A stretch of DNA of 56,170 nt, filler included, from Squatina squatina (Eukaryota): NCBI GenBank assembly GCA_031763465.1. It is 3 parts of 3 records of this genome, joined end to end, with 100 filler letters (N's around TTAATTAATTAA, not from the genome) between each part and the next. Parts side by side here need not be neighbours in the genome. Positions count along the whole stretch, not along the records: positions 1 to 12,277 come from JARFOE010000046.1; positions 12,378 to 41,615 come from JARFOE010000163.1; 1 more part is not named here. One strand, given 5' to 3'. Below are positions 1-13,674 of this stretch, in pieces; position 1 is the first letter of the stretch, and each line of letters begins with the position of its first letter. The notes under the pieces were generated by a model, which worked only from the letters and a program-made list of their open reading frames with translations, did no database searches and was not told the origin of the DNA. The position numbers and the translations under genes were made by a program.

Positions 1-624
1 CTGATTATTAATAAATACTGTGGACAGCAGAGGCCGTGCAACTGATTCCTTTGGGATTGCGTCAGTCACTGCAGCTCAGTTTAAACAATCCCTTTAACGA
101 TTGCTATCTGCTTCTTATTGTCAAGCCAGTCCCCTGTCTAATTTGCCATTTCATCAATGATTCATGAACCTTCACCTTTGTTGCATGTCTTTTGTGCCAG
201 ACCTTTTCAGACGTCTTCTGAAGGTTAAGGCGTACACCACCAACCACGTTTACTTCAATGCTGAGGCATTTCTCAGAATTGCTTCCCTTGCAGTAATGTT
301 TGCTGGTTGTCGCTTTTTTTAAAATTCAGAAACCAAAATGAAAGGCCGGGGTCTATTGTGCAGGAAAGCATGAAGGTTGAAATCTGTAAAAAGGGAGGTC
401 ACAGTAAACTAGGAACTAGCGATTAGGTGATGCCAAGGTTGGGCTTTAAAAGGCTGCATGATTATAAGAATGGAACACAGGAGGAAAAGGAGGAACAATT
501 AATAAAGGGCCAGGGAAACGTCCCAGAACACTGGATCATCCTGTGGGACATCGCCGTGTCTGAGAAGTGGCAGCGGTGACTGCAAAGGCTGTCCAAGATT
601 TTCCAGAGTCCTTGGAAAATTCAT

Positions 625-1110
625 GGGAAAATTTCAGGTTGTTTGCGCCTCCCGTTAGTGCCCCTGGGAAACTCCACAGGAGTCTAGCAGCGGTGCGAAC
701 CGATAATGCCCCGGGCCGCTGCGCCAGCGATGATGACATCATCACTGTGCGCAGCAACCCGTTTTTGTCCCGGAGCAAAAATTTGGCAGCATCCCATTAG
801 AATGCCGTGAGCAATGCCCATGACAGCTTCGCGGGGCATGTACCAGGCTTTAAGCCGCTCACGGGGTGAAAATTAAAGGGGAGATGCGACGCTGAAAATA
901 TTTTAAATGACCAACTTACTCGACCTTCTCATCTCATATCGCGGGGTCCGTGCCATGATGTTGCAGCCCGGCATTCCACTTCTGTGCTGGGCTGCTGCTA
1001 CGGCACCCCGCTCTCTAGTAGTCTAGCAGTGACTCCTTCTCCCTAATGCAGAGTCCGCAGCATGCCCTCCTCTTTATTGGAAGGGGAGGGCCCTGTGTTC
1101 CCGCCAGCGC
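625..1110. repeat. GC/CpG-rich interspersed repeat, probably a non-autonomous DNA transposon relic
   Basis: Abrupt CpG-rich block in an AT-rich background, with motifs shared by similar blocks at about 12 kb, 22 kb, 23.5 kb and 42.8 kb; no ORF homology. Boundaries approximate. Confidence 0.45.
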
Positions 1111-4100
1111 TTCAGTGACTTATTTTATCATGAGCATCATTGTACCTCATTGGTTGCCATGGTAATTGGCACCACAGGCATGTTTGAAGATGTTAGCTGG
1201 AATCCTCCAGCTTTCAGTCTCCATGGGCACAGTTCTTGATTTTTTGATTGTCACAGAAATGCAGTATCTGGCATCCTGCACTAAATATGCTGTTGTACTG
1301 TTGGCCCACATTTCCCAGTCTGTTAGTACTCCCATTATTCCTTCATTTGCGCACAGAGAAAAAGACATCGTTGAAGCAGAACATATTAATGGTCAGAGAA
1401 ACAAGGAATTTGTACCAATTAGTCTAGTGAGACCAGGAAGGCTTTTCTGCTACGTAACTAGTTTTTAATGGCAAATTACCTCCCTTGTTCTCATAATGAA
1501 CAGAGACCTTCGCTTCTCAGCTTTTAAAACCACAAAATCTGGGTGTCGCACTAACTCAAACATGATGGTCCCATTTACAGTGCTGTTTGTACAGCTGAGC
1601 ATTTACATTCAAAATATGATATAATCATCTGTATCATTTATACAGGGCCTTTAGTACTGCGCAACAGAAAATGCTGCAGAAATGTTCTCCTTTCCCTTGC
1701 CTAGCTTTTCCCCTTTTATATTACATTGGGCCCCCATTACCAAATGCTCTGAATTCATATAGTGTCACTGGACACCAATCTCCTAATCTTCATTTTCATA
1801 TATTGCACAATTCATTTACAAGTAAAATATATGGGATTATTTAACAACTCTGATCTCAGCCCCTTAAACTACTTTTATTATGGCCTGATTTTGAACCAAG
1901 GGAACCAGCTCCAAGCATTTACACTGCTAAATCCTGCTTTTATCCACATAGTAGACCTGTAGAACCAGTTTCTTTTTGTATGAGTCTGCTGCTGGAAGAA
2001 GAAACCAGATTCAGCAGTGTAAATATAAAGGAGCTGGTCTCCTGGAATCAAAACAAAGGCCGTGATAAGAGTTTATATCAACTGGCTTTGCAGAAACTCA
2101 GTCCAATTTAGGAAGTCAAGTGTGAAATACATACACGTGTAAGGGAAAAAAAAAGAGGTAGTGCACTGTGTGACTTCTAATCTAACAGAGAATGCAAAGA
2201 CCATTTAAATCATTAAAATTCTCAGTTAGAGAGATGGTCAAGAGGGTTAATAAAAATAAGAGACTTGGTGGGGTGATGGTGTGGAGGGCACAGCAAAAAC
2301 TAGGAACTTGCATTGGTATTGTAATGCCTCTGCACTCAGATTCAACTTTTTAAAACTTGGGGGNNNNNNNNNNCTTTTTCCCCAAAGAATGTGTTTGCCG
2401 CTCCCCTCAACCACACTGCACTTTCGCATTCAAATTAGAGGCAAAACCATGTCGGAGGAGAATGAGTTGCAAATCAGGACGAGGACTAGTTGCATGCCGA
2501 GAGAGAAATTTTGCAGGTCTTGTTAATTGGAACTACAGAATAATTTAGGATGTTAAACAAGCTTGGTGGTGGTGGTTTAGGATTAAGACACATGAATGAG
2601 TAGCAAGTGTATTCACAGTATATTAGGATGTTAGACATTTACTATACTAGAGTTTTAGAAGCACAGATTGTATATAAAGAAACACCATTTCTAATAAAAT
2701 CAATAAACATTTGATGGTGTTAATTATATTTTATCAACACACCGGCAAACTTAATTCACTATCAGTACTTTACGTTTGAACTTTAAAAAAAGAGGCATCT
2801 GCTTTTAAATCAGGTTGCAAGTAGGCAACCTTCATCTACACAGTGTAAGACATGCATCAGTAGAAAATTTGTACACAAAGTTGGTGAGTGTTTCCATAAT
2901 GCAAGTGTTTTCAGACATAAAATCAAGATATCCTGTAAACTAAGTCAGAGGCAAGGCAACAAACTAGTTCAACAACTTCCAAGCCTAATCTGAATGTTTA
3001 CAAATTCACATCTCTGGTGCATCCATTACTTGGAATGTGCAAGCTCTAACTTTAAAAAGGCACAAAAACTTACTGCACTTCAAATTGCAACCCTTCTGCC
3101 AGTGTAGCATTAATGCCAAATCAGGAACTGACCCAGATTACCCAGCTCTCCTCAATGAAGAGAAAATATGGTGGTACAGTGGGAAAATGAAACTAGCAGA
3201 GGTTGCAGTACACTTCTCTTCCCCCTTTCATTTCTTCACATAAATAGCTTGGTTTTAATTAGAAAGCAAACTGAAACTTGTCTAAATGCCATTTGCTCTT
3301 TACATACAACTTTGGCTCAAATTTGCAAACTATGGATAAAAATGAGGACCTATATACATTTTAGGAATATTTAGCTGTCATTTTACTGCATGTGATATCA
3401 AAGCAACAAGCATATACAATATTTAGAACAGCTTGACACACACAATGTGCCAATATCTCTCAATGAATCCAACTGCTTTGTACAAGGCATTTAACCAAAT
3501 TATCTTTCCAGCAATTTTTTAAAAAAAAAGATACAGATTTAGTCAAGTATACAGGCCACAACACTCTGATATTTACCAATGAAGTCCATACATTTTATGG
3601 ATAAATGTAGCAGGTTTTAATTTTAGGAGGAATAACACTTACTGGATATTAAATTTGTAAANNNNNNNNNNNNNNNNNNNNNNNNNNNNNNNNNNNNNNN
3701 NNNNNNNNNNNNNNNNNNNNNNNNNNNNNNNNNNNNNNNNNNNNNNNNNNNNNNNNNNNNNAAAACTTTCTTTATTAAATAATACCAAATAACATTAAAA
3801 TGAAAATCTCAAGCTAAAAAGTTCCAGAGTCCAGCATTACCTAAACAGTGCATCCCATTGTAATTCCTTTCACTTCATTTCTCAGTATTTTATGTCAATT
3901 CGACAAGGCGGTGGTCTCGAAGCCTGCTGTCATTTTTGTAATAAGTGCATTTTGAACAGTTTCACAGAGATGATCAAACGTACACACATGCCCCCTTCGC
4001 CCTCATTATAGTGCTCGGAAAAATGGGCACATAATCATTTCTGTACCACCAGGGATTGTATATTGACACCTCACCTCAGATCAACTCTGGAGAAATCAGA

Positions 4101-5069
4101 ATTCTATGGCTTGTGTGCCACCAACGACCCATTCGACCTGCGAGGGAAATTGGGTCTTTATTTGCCACTTGGCCACCAAGAATCAGATAGACCCGCCCAT
4201 CTGTTGGGCCACTGAATATATCTCTGACTGGGATTTTGCAATGGCCAGCAGTATCCATTTACAACTGCTGCAAACCAATTATGGCATCTCTCACAGCCAT
4301 TGTCGCTGCTGGTGGTACACCAGTCTGTTAGATGGCTGTCAAACCTGCTGTCTACTGTNNNNNNNNNNNNNNNNNNNNNNNNNNNNNNNNNNNNNNNNNN
4401 NNNNNNNNNNNNNNNNNNNNNNNNNNNNNNNNNNNNNNNNNNNNNNNNNNNNNNNNNNGGCGTTTCTGAAAGCAACGTTCCACAAACAGAAGAATTGTAG
4501 TAACGGCTTGGCTATGTCCGTAGGCAAAGCTGCTTCCAGTGTCTAGGGGATTAATAAATTCTGAAGACAGTACAGCGCAAGAAGCAGGAATCCAGTGACA
4601 CACATTGAAACTCAATGTGGACAACCAGCCAAACACAGCAGCACTTAAAGCCTAACAATCACCTGTCAGATATAAAGCACCACAGTTATCCTGAAAGCAG
4701 TTTGAAGCCTTGAGCATTCAGCACTGATAAATTCTTCTGTTTCCCATAGCAACCATTAATTGAAAAAACAGTGACGTGTTTTGAGGTGGAAGAATAGGAC
4801 AGCCCCACTGCATTCTTGGCTAATGAAGCCACTAAGAATATTCAAAGCCATCTTCAAACAATTTCCCTCCCTCCTGCTCCCCCACCCCTCCTTTCTTAGT
4901 GCGGGTACCGGGGTCAGTTGTGGAATTACTCCTGTCATAATCAGCTGAGAGCAGCAAATTCAGGGCAGGCTGGGGATCAAAGCTGGGAGTTGCAGGCTTT
5001 GATGGGCCAATTGCACACTGGCTTTACTAGGCAACTAAGACAGGTCAAAAGGTTCCAGGTTCAGTTTCA

Positions 5070-5235
5070 CTCAAAAGGGTAGTAGAAATCTGGCAATCTC
5101 ACCCCAAAAAACAATTGAAAATGTAAAAACTGAGATTGGTAGATTTTTGCGAGCCAAAGCCAAAGTTATGGAGCCAAGGTGGTCTCATTGAATGGCAGAA
5201 CAGGTTTGAGGGGCCTCCTCCTGTTCCTATGTTCA
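5070..5235 (+). mobile_element. CR1-type LINE 3' end (decayed)
   Basis: agggtagtagaaatctgg...gaatggcagaacagg...cctcctcctgttcctatgttc tail. Confidence 0.65.
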
Positions 5236-7548
5236 GCAGGGTGACAGCTGTATTGGAATTAGTACGTGGTAGAGGAAATAAAATGAATCACGATTCTTGC
5301 TCCTGTAAGTCGCACACGCAGTTCTGAGTTCACCGTGCGATCGACAGTGGCCCAGACACTCGTACCTTTATAGGGAGCCAGAGAGCCATCGGCTGTCTCC
5401 GGGGCTTCTTGTGACAAGGGCTTAAGGCGTATGGATGTTTTGGGAGAGAGTTATAGAGGAACATACACGACAGTGTTTGAGTTCAAGACAGATTGGGAAG
5501 TTTATTTGCTCTCAAAGTGACACAGCACACAACAAACGCCGAAGGACTGAGGAAGAGCAGCGCTGTTACTTTATGCTTGACCGAATTAAAACACATCAAT
5601 TTAAATGGGCTGGTCAGAATTGACGGAATAGCCCCTACGATACTTTCCCATTATTTTACCCTGCTGATAAGAGAGTGNNNNNNNNNNNNNNNNNNNNNNN
5701 NNNNNNNNNNNNNNNNNNNNNNNNNNNNNNNNNNNNNNNNNNNNNNNNNNNNNNNNNNNNNNNNNNNNNNNNNNNNNCCCAAGTGCAGGTAGCTAAGGGC
5801 ATAAAAAAGGAAAAGAGCATCCTTTTTTTCTTACCGAGAAGAACAGAGGTGAATTGCACACAGTTCTGTGCTGCCACTAGGGCCTTTCTGCCAGCAAGTA
5901 TGACTTGCAAAATTGAGCACCCGACCTGCCATGACGTATTCCTGCTGTGTTTGATTTGAAGACCTGTGGTTGGGGGGAAAAAAATGAGACTGTGCAGTTG
6001 ACATGTGGAAGCTTATTAAAATATGTAAATAGATTTTTAAATAGCCAGGGCCCGATTTTAAAACTCCAGCCAAGGCTTTGCCCATATCACAAACTATTGG
6101 GCATGACAGGTCGAAAACTGGAGAGGCCTGCATGGCAGGCATTATTAAAGTGAGAAAGTAAGTTTTCAATTTATTTTTCCATTCTCAAGTACCTTTGGCT
6201 GCATTTTGCGGCATGCATTAATTGGTTTTGTTGGCTACTGTGCCATTTTTGCATTCCCCCGTCAATATCTTTCCTGGCTACTCCTGGCTTTGACATGGCA
6301 CATTAGAAAGAAGTAGGTACTCTTGAACGCCGTGTATAATTGAAATGTGTGAGGGGTCGGCGTCATGATCTCTCAGGTGTTCGGGCCACACTCATCGCTA
6401 TCCCGGGACCTTCTGCTGAAAATGCCAGAGGTAGCGCCTCTTTGCCAACACCACTTCACAAGGCAGGCTGTCACCGTGTTGTGCATCTTTTCCGCAATGA
6501 CGTGCACACACAACATCTGGAGCAGGGATGCCTCTTCGCAGAACAGCGAAGGTTACCACAACATGCAACCTTCATGTCACTGCATGCTTTCAAGTCTTGC
6601 CAAGAGAAACCCACCACTTTAGGCAATCTACAGTACACAAAGCAGAAGTAAAAAGCATTATTTTTGCAAAGAAACATTTGTTAAGTAGCTATAGAGACCA
6701 CAAGTGTTCACGTTCACAGGGTCCAAATTTGGCTGTAGTTTGTACCCAAGCCTGCAACACTATCAGCATTTTCTGTGTTCAGTGACTATTCAATGACTCT
6801 GCTCTTTCAATAGACAAATACATTGAAACTGTTGCAACTTTGTGAATTTCACAAAATAAGCATTCTAAATGCCATTGAACCTGAACAAAGTTGAACGAAT
6901 TTTATTAACTGGTTTAAGCTGTAACTAGCCAGATTACTGACCACCCCGAAGGCAGTGATCACATTTTGTGATTTTTAAGTATCGCTGGGCCTTGACCTGG
7001 GTGGAAATGTTACAGGACTTGAGGCACCAACATATAGAGCTGAATAAAACCACGGGTAGATTTTACACACGGAAGAAACGGCTCTAACGGTTCCATTCAT
7101 CTGCCACTACCATCTGGCCCACTCAACCCCAGAATCGTCATCATCCAACCTTTCAGACTGAGCAAGAGTGCTATATTCTTGTAAATGTCATCTGCGGTTT
7201 CTGAAACGGTTTCACTGTTTAAAAACCTATGCATAAATTTAATGAAATGGTTTCAGACATCATCAACACGCATCTAGGGTTGTGTGCTCTTACTGAATAT
7301 ATTTATTAACATCCTACAAAATGCTAATGAGATTAATCAAATAAAAATGTTTGAATGATTAAAAAAGTAAATTAAACATACAAATTAAACAACTCCCAGA
7401 TTTCAGCATTGCAAGAGGACTCATTCCAATGGGCCAGTAAAGAAATGAGGCAGAAGTTTGAATAACAGCATCACCTGAAACAAGCATCAAAACTGGTGTA
7501 ATATCTATATTCAGCACTGATGCCGCCCTGCTAGGCTCTTTCCCTAGA

Positions 7549-7779
7549 GTCATAGAACAGAATAATACAGCACAGAAGGAGGCCATTCGGCCCGTCAAGT
7601 CTGCACCAGCTCTTTCGAAGAGCAATCCAGTTAGTCCCACTCCCCCATTCCTTCCTCATATCCCTGAAAATGTTTCTCCTTCAAGTATTTATCCAATTGC
7701 CTTTAGAAAGCTACTATTGAATCTGTATCCACCACCCTATCAGGCCGTGCATTCCAAATCTGAACCACTCGTTGCATAA
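7549..7779 (-). mobile_element. CR1-type LINE 3' end
   Basis: Reverse tail catagaa...cagcacagaaggaggccattcggccc followed by an RT C-terminal remnant. Confidence 0.75.
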
Positions 7780-8681
7780 ATGTTTTTTAAATTATCTTAC
7801 TTAAAGCAACGTAACAGATGAGAGTGCATCTTTGTGCCCAGTGAAAGTTTTAAAAAGCAGAATCCTTTTACATTCTTTTTACTAGAAATTCCTCCACGTG
7901 TTCCATTTATCCCATGTACCCACTGTGACTTTTCCAACTATTTTGTTTGTCTGGGTTTATAATATTAAACCTATACACTGCTCTTTCTGATGAATTTCCA
8001 CTCTGTCACAAAGTGAAAAGTGTTTCATATTAGTCTGATTGAAGGTCTCAACTCAAATGTACACCATTTTCATGGACTGATCCATAACCATTATTCAACC
8101 TCCATATTGAAGGAAATCATTATGTATGTGTGTATAGGCATGGGTAACTTTCTTTTTTGTTCTGCAGTTTTAAGTATAACTGTAAACAACATGTTACCCC
8201 TTCCAAAAAGTGCTATGGATTTTAGTAGTGTAACTACCAAGCACCACTAACTGTTGTAACTATGGTTACTGCAAGAAAATGACAGTGTACTGCTTTTGTT
8301 TCATAGTTTTGAAAGTTAAGCAGCTTACATCCAATTAAAACTAAACACAAGTCAGTGGTAAACAGGACAGTAATTTGGTTTGAAAACGAATTAATCAGAA
8401 AAAATTCAAAGTTCATTTTCAATTATCACATGCAGTTTTTAAGTACTGTGTATTATTCCATACGGACCAGTGTTGCACAAGGTATTCAGCTCACATGAGT
8501 AATAAAGTACGAGTAACTCTCCAGCAATCCAGCTTAGTGCTTTGGAAATAAAGTCCATGTTGATTGAGTTAAGCCAGTCTGTTTCTGACTCCCTCCGTAG
8601 GCAGTTACACTATCAAAACTAAACTTTAGGTCGTAGTGTTAATGAAGCAAGTTTTGTACAAAAGACTGACAGCTGACCTAC

Positions 8682-8754
8682 CCCAAACGAAGAGGAACAG
8701 CAGAATCAGCACAGCAGAGAGCTGAAAGTGGGAAGAAGTTCTCTCTACTTCCAT
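8682..8754 (-). CDS. candidate signal-peptide exon of an unidentified gene
   Basis: Kozak aaccATGG, then MEVERTSSHFQLSAVLILLFLFVW(G) with a hydrophobic core, ending at G|gtaggt (phase 1) or AG|gtcagc (phase 2). TATAAA about 290 nt upstream. Confidence 0.35.
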
Positions 8755-11700
8755 GGTTACTGGAGCAGGCAGCCTAGAGATTCTGTATAAAACTGTTTGT
8801 AACAGCTCCCACGGTCCTCTGCCTCTCCAGCATGTCCTTCGAAATCTGCCTACGAACTGATGAGAAGAACATCACAGGCACTCCATGCTCTGTCACTTCT
8901 GTGAACACCAATGATGCTCTGCCCCTGTCCAGTTCCACAAGCTTTACTCAACCCGTTCGAGCACCTTGTAATATATGGTCTGGAGTTTTGAACTGGACTG
9001 GGAGTGGATTAACTGTGTCTGGGTCAATAATGCCCAACAGTTGAATTTATAAGTGCTCTTCTAACTTTTAGCAGCAAGTTATTTTCATAGCACATGTTTT
9101 CCAAGTGCCTGCTGGTCCATGAACCTTTACAGAATTATTACATTTAACAACTAGCTCATAACCGAATGGTGTGATGATTATCTCTACTACTGAAAGATTT
9201 TCATATAATTTAAAAAGTGTAAGCTTCCAGGAATATTATACAGAAAGATACTGCCTCTCGGGTTAGGGACTAATCTTTTAATAGATTGATCATTGAAATA
9301 ACTTAATACAATACCGTTGGATAGTATCTAAACATTATTCAAGGATTATGATTGTAATATCCCAAACTACTAACATGTCCTTTTATTATCTGTGCAAAGT
9401 ATAGATTTTATAAAAAATAAGCAGCTCTATTTAGTGTAATGGATTTCTTTTCTTATTTAATTCTCAAAGTATATTTATGTTATAAAGTCATTGTACATTT
9501 TGATTTCACAGTACTTGTGGGAGGAGTACATTGTTACATTAGGTTTCTTGTCACGATGGTGCTTGCACTGCAATCAGTGCAGGCCAAGGGGCTAAGGCAA
9601 CTTGTTTGGCCTTGGAATTAGAATGGGTGGGTGGTGGGGGTGGTGGTCCCCTGCCTACAAGTGGTCACGTTGGTTGAGATTGTCATCCTTAATGGTTAGT
9701 AGTTGGGTTGTTGTCCTCGGGAGGGAATTTGTGCTGATAGATTTCCGAACTGTTTTCCCATGAAAATTCATTATTTGTAGTGGTCTCACTTCAGCAGTAT
9801 TAATGTGTTGCACAGTGACAGGTGTGTTCATGTCTTGCCTAGCGATGGGTGTGTTACTGTGTTGTGGAATGACAAGTTAAAGGAGAGCTAAACCCCACTG
9901 GAGAAGTCATTATTTTCACTACATTACATACTTTTCTCTACTGAGTGATGGNNNNNNNNNNNNNNNNNNNNNNNNNNNNNNNNNNNNNNNNNNNNNNNNN
10001 NNNNNNNNNNNNNNNNNNNNNNNNNNNNNNNNNNNNNNNNNNNNNNNNNNNTGCCATTTCGTACAAAGTCCATAACTTGTACTGTGAGCTTCCCAAATTC
10101 CAACACTATCCCCCCGAATATAAACTACGCTTTAAGTATTTCGCTTCTGCTTTAAAAACTAATGTTACTTTCAAAAGAACTCATGAAAATGAAACACACA
10201 GCAACTGAAAATATCAGATTTATTTTTTGCTAGGAACTCTTAAAATTATGAATTATAGTTTTTGTTAACCTTAAGCTGGTTCCTGAATTTAAAATTAAAT
10301 TACGTAGAATNNNNNNNNNNAAAACTTTTGAGTGCTTTACTCTGAACCTTGCCTTTCAGACGATGAAACTGCAGGTTGTAGTATAGTATATATACACGCA
10401 CGCAAAAAAACCTCTCCATCAACAAATCAGTAAGTCTGGAACAGTTAGAAGAGACGGTCTCATTTTAGGAATACCACATCTGGCACATACTTTGACTCTA
10501 ACTGCTTTGACTCGGATGTTAGTTCAGTTTTCCCCACTTTATTTGCCAGTACAGGTATAGAGGTACATTAGTGCACTAAAAGCAGATACTTTTGTTTCGT
10601 GCACTCTACAGACTTACAGCATGCAAGGTCTGTGATCTGCAATGTGAATCCTAGACAGAAGAGCTGTACGATACTTCGTAATGCACCTGATACCCATCCC
10701 AGTACAGGTTTATCCATCATACTGCTCAATTCCTCACTGACCAAATGTAAACCATATCCTCATCATCAATCATAGCATTAGTTTCAGGTCATGGGAGATC
10801 TTTTAATATAATGGAAAATAGTGGATCTTTGACTATTGCTGTGAAGCCCTCTCACCCTCAGAAAAGAGGTATGCAGATAAAAACAGACGGTCCTAGTCAG
10901 GTCAGATTTTTGAATGTTTCAATCCATTCCAGATCTAGCTTACTCTTGTATTACAGACCTTGTGAAGCAGTGTGTTTGTAATACTTGCTACAAGATTTAT
11001 GTACCGATACAATTTTTCCTGAGGGTTTAGGCTGGCAACTACGTGGCGATATCACTGCCTCGTGTTTGTATGTTAGGGTGTTGTTTCTAGCTCAAGGATC
11101 ACACCAGTATTACACTCAATGTGTGTTATTATCATCGAATGAAATTAGCACTTTAGCAGAGTTGGCATTTCCATTGGGAAGGGAAGCAATTGCCCTCGCT
11201 TTTTACAGAGGGTGTGTGAGTTTTTCACATTATTGTTTCACATTCCTGAATGCTCTGACCAATGGGAGATTTGATGTACCCTGTTAGTTTGTGAAAGTTC
11301 TAATGTGGTAAGAATCCATTTCTTATCGAGTATTTTGTTAATTGCAGGTATAAGTTAGTGTTGTCACTTAACAATTGAAAATCTAGGTACTGTTGTTAGC
11401 TGAAGCCAGATCATAGCAACAACACTGACTGAAGCCAGTTACAGAGCCTCAAACTAGGTTATCTGCCTGTCCTCCCAACCAGATAATGGTATAGTGCAGG
11501 AGAGACATTAAAAGAGAGGAAAAATAACAAAACAATGTGAAATGAAATGACAAATAAACTCTTGGGTAATTGAATTAACATGAAGGTAATAGACTAATTC
11601 AAATCGCAGCTCACCTCCTCTCATTGTTTGTATCTTTGACATTTCAAATGTGACCTTAAGAACAGGGTTACACATACCATGCCTACACTGCAATGCAGAG

Positions 11701-11959
11701 GTCGGATTTTGATCCAGGGTCAGGTTTGTGCTGGAATAAACTAGCAGTGAACTTTATGGAGAATTACTCAGCAGACCAACCATCTCCACTCGTGCCATGC
11801 ATCACACTAGTCCCCGTTTGCTTGCTATCAGCTGATGTGCAGTCCAATTTTTTTTTAACTATTACATTTCTGTGTATCTGAGCAGACAAAAAAACAAAAT
11901 CCCACTGAGGGAACCCAGTACAACTGAGCAGTGTTGGCCAATCCTGACTGCTGAAAAAA

Positions 11960-12277
11960 TTGGCCCTGAAATTCCGGTCGGAGCCTGCCCGCGGGCGCAG
12001 GCCTCCAACCGGAAAGATTTCTCCGAAAGTACCTGGTGGACCGGTAGGTTCGCAACCTCGTTTTCCCGGGCCTCTGTGCGAATGCCAGTGTAGCGGCCCA
12101 GGTATCCTGGTAGCATATGCAGTTTTCAGACGCTGCTAGGATCACGAGGGAGGCCCCAACCAATCAAGGGAGGGGTCTCCCCATTCATACTTTGGCTGAT
12201 CTCCGTATATGATCAACAGAAGTATGAATGGAGATACCAAAAAGCCCACAAGCACATAAAAATAAATTTAAAAAACG
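11960..12277. repeat. GC-rich MITE-like repeat truncated by the scaffold end
   Basis: Begins tggccctgaaattcc, similar to the TIR of the 12930-13674 element; CpG-rich. Confidence 0.45.
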
Positions 12278-12377
12278 NNNNNNNNNNNNNNNNNNNNNNN
12301 NNNNNNNNNNNNNNNNNNNNNTTAATTAATTAANNNNNNNNNNNNNNNNNNNNNNNNNNNNNNNNNNNNNNNNNNNN
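12278..12377. other. artificial scaffold linker (44N-TTAATTAATTAA-44N)
   Basis: The 12-mer has stops in all six frames and is centred in exactly 100 bp; an identical construct is at 41616-41715. Confidence 0.93.
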
Positions 12378-12929
12378 ATCATTACAATGCCACCCTCACT
12401 GCCTGCTTTTCATCAGTGAAATAAATGAGCATATTTCAGTTTTGGTATACTGCCACCTAATCCTATGTAAGGCATAAACTTTAATACTTAATTTCCTTTG
12501 TCATTCTAAGTGCCAGCTGAGGTCTTGGTTCTCAATACCATCATCAGCCATTGTCCAAAAAAAAATTATTCTGAACCTCTCGCATAACCTGGCTGCAGAT
12601 TTTATTTATCTATTTTAATTATATTTTTGACTGAGGGTAAGCAGGCTTGCCTTAATTTACAAGTTCATTTGCAAGTCACAGCAGACTCGTGAAGTATTAA
12701 TCACAGCAGATCATTTGCGATCTTTTCTCATAAATCGTCTTACCTTTTCTTCTCGCCCTTTTACTTGTTGTTCTAATGAGTGAACCTCACTAATTTATAA
12801 AGTTGTGTGTAATCGGTTTCACCCTTGTCCAGTCTATGAAGTGCGCCATGAAATCTAGAACTTGCCATCAGTGGCTTGGGCTTTGTCTATTGTTAAAGGT
12901 ATGAGTGTTCCAGTTGGTAATTAGCATTT

Positions 12930-13674
12930 TGGCCCAGATTTTGCTGTCAAAATAATGGTGAGGCTAATGGCACTTGCCGCCATTTAAGCGTAAATGATCC
13001 AGACTTAAGGCGAGGGGCAGATGCGCGGTTAAATGTTAATACCTAAAAGTTGCTGTCTGAGTTATGTCGCTCCATTAGCTTTGCGAAAATGGCATTTCGC
13101 TGTGTGCCCACCATTGAAATGCATTGAATGGCGTGAGGGTGCTGTGTTTGCGCAGTAGCTGCAAACTGAACTCACCACAGAAAGTTAAGTCTAGTCATTA
13201 TAAGCGCAAGTACCCTCTTAACGACATGATAAATGTTAATTACTGCCAATCAATGTCTCNNNNNNNNNNAAAATTAACTATTTTATGTATAGAGTTTCAC
13301 TCTTCAGGTATGAACTGTTGTTGAAGATTTTAAAAATGTCAAGTTTAAAATTTTAAGAGCATTTTTTACTTTTCCTTTCAGTCACTTTTTTTCTCTCTCA
13401 AGCCAATCTTCCTTTCCCTCTCTCTTGCTGTACCTGATTTGGCCTGAATTCATCCACTCTAATTTACACTTCCTCCTCTGGTGTTTATTTCTCAATCCTT
13501 CAATCTGATTGGTTGTGGAGATACACCGTTGCTTGCCCTCTTCACTCGGGTCCCAGATGGCCTGTTTCCCTCACTGTGACGTTATCAGCTCGCACTTTCA
13601 GCAACTTGTCACACAAAAATATTTAAAAACCTTATGTGCAAGGGTAAGTCTATCTCACGGCAAAATCTGGGCCA
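12930..13674. mobile_element. non-autonomous TIR element (MITE), PIF/Harbinger-like
   Basis: 18-bp terminal inverted repeats tggcccagattttgctgt ... acggcaaaatctgggcca (17/18 match); flanks ttt/tta; no ORF. Confidence 0.75.

Noticed and set aside
1147-1468. Opposing 73- and 100-aa ORFs with exon-like borders on the minus strand
   Set aside because: No family recognised, and all minus-strand frames hit stops before the putative donor.
4076-4546. Overlapping Trp/Cys-rich ORFs on both strands
   Set aside because: No recognisable homology or coherent splice sites; more like UTR or non-coding sequence, and partly gap.
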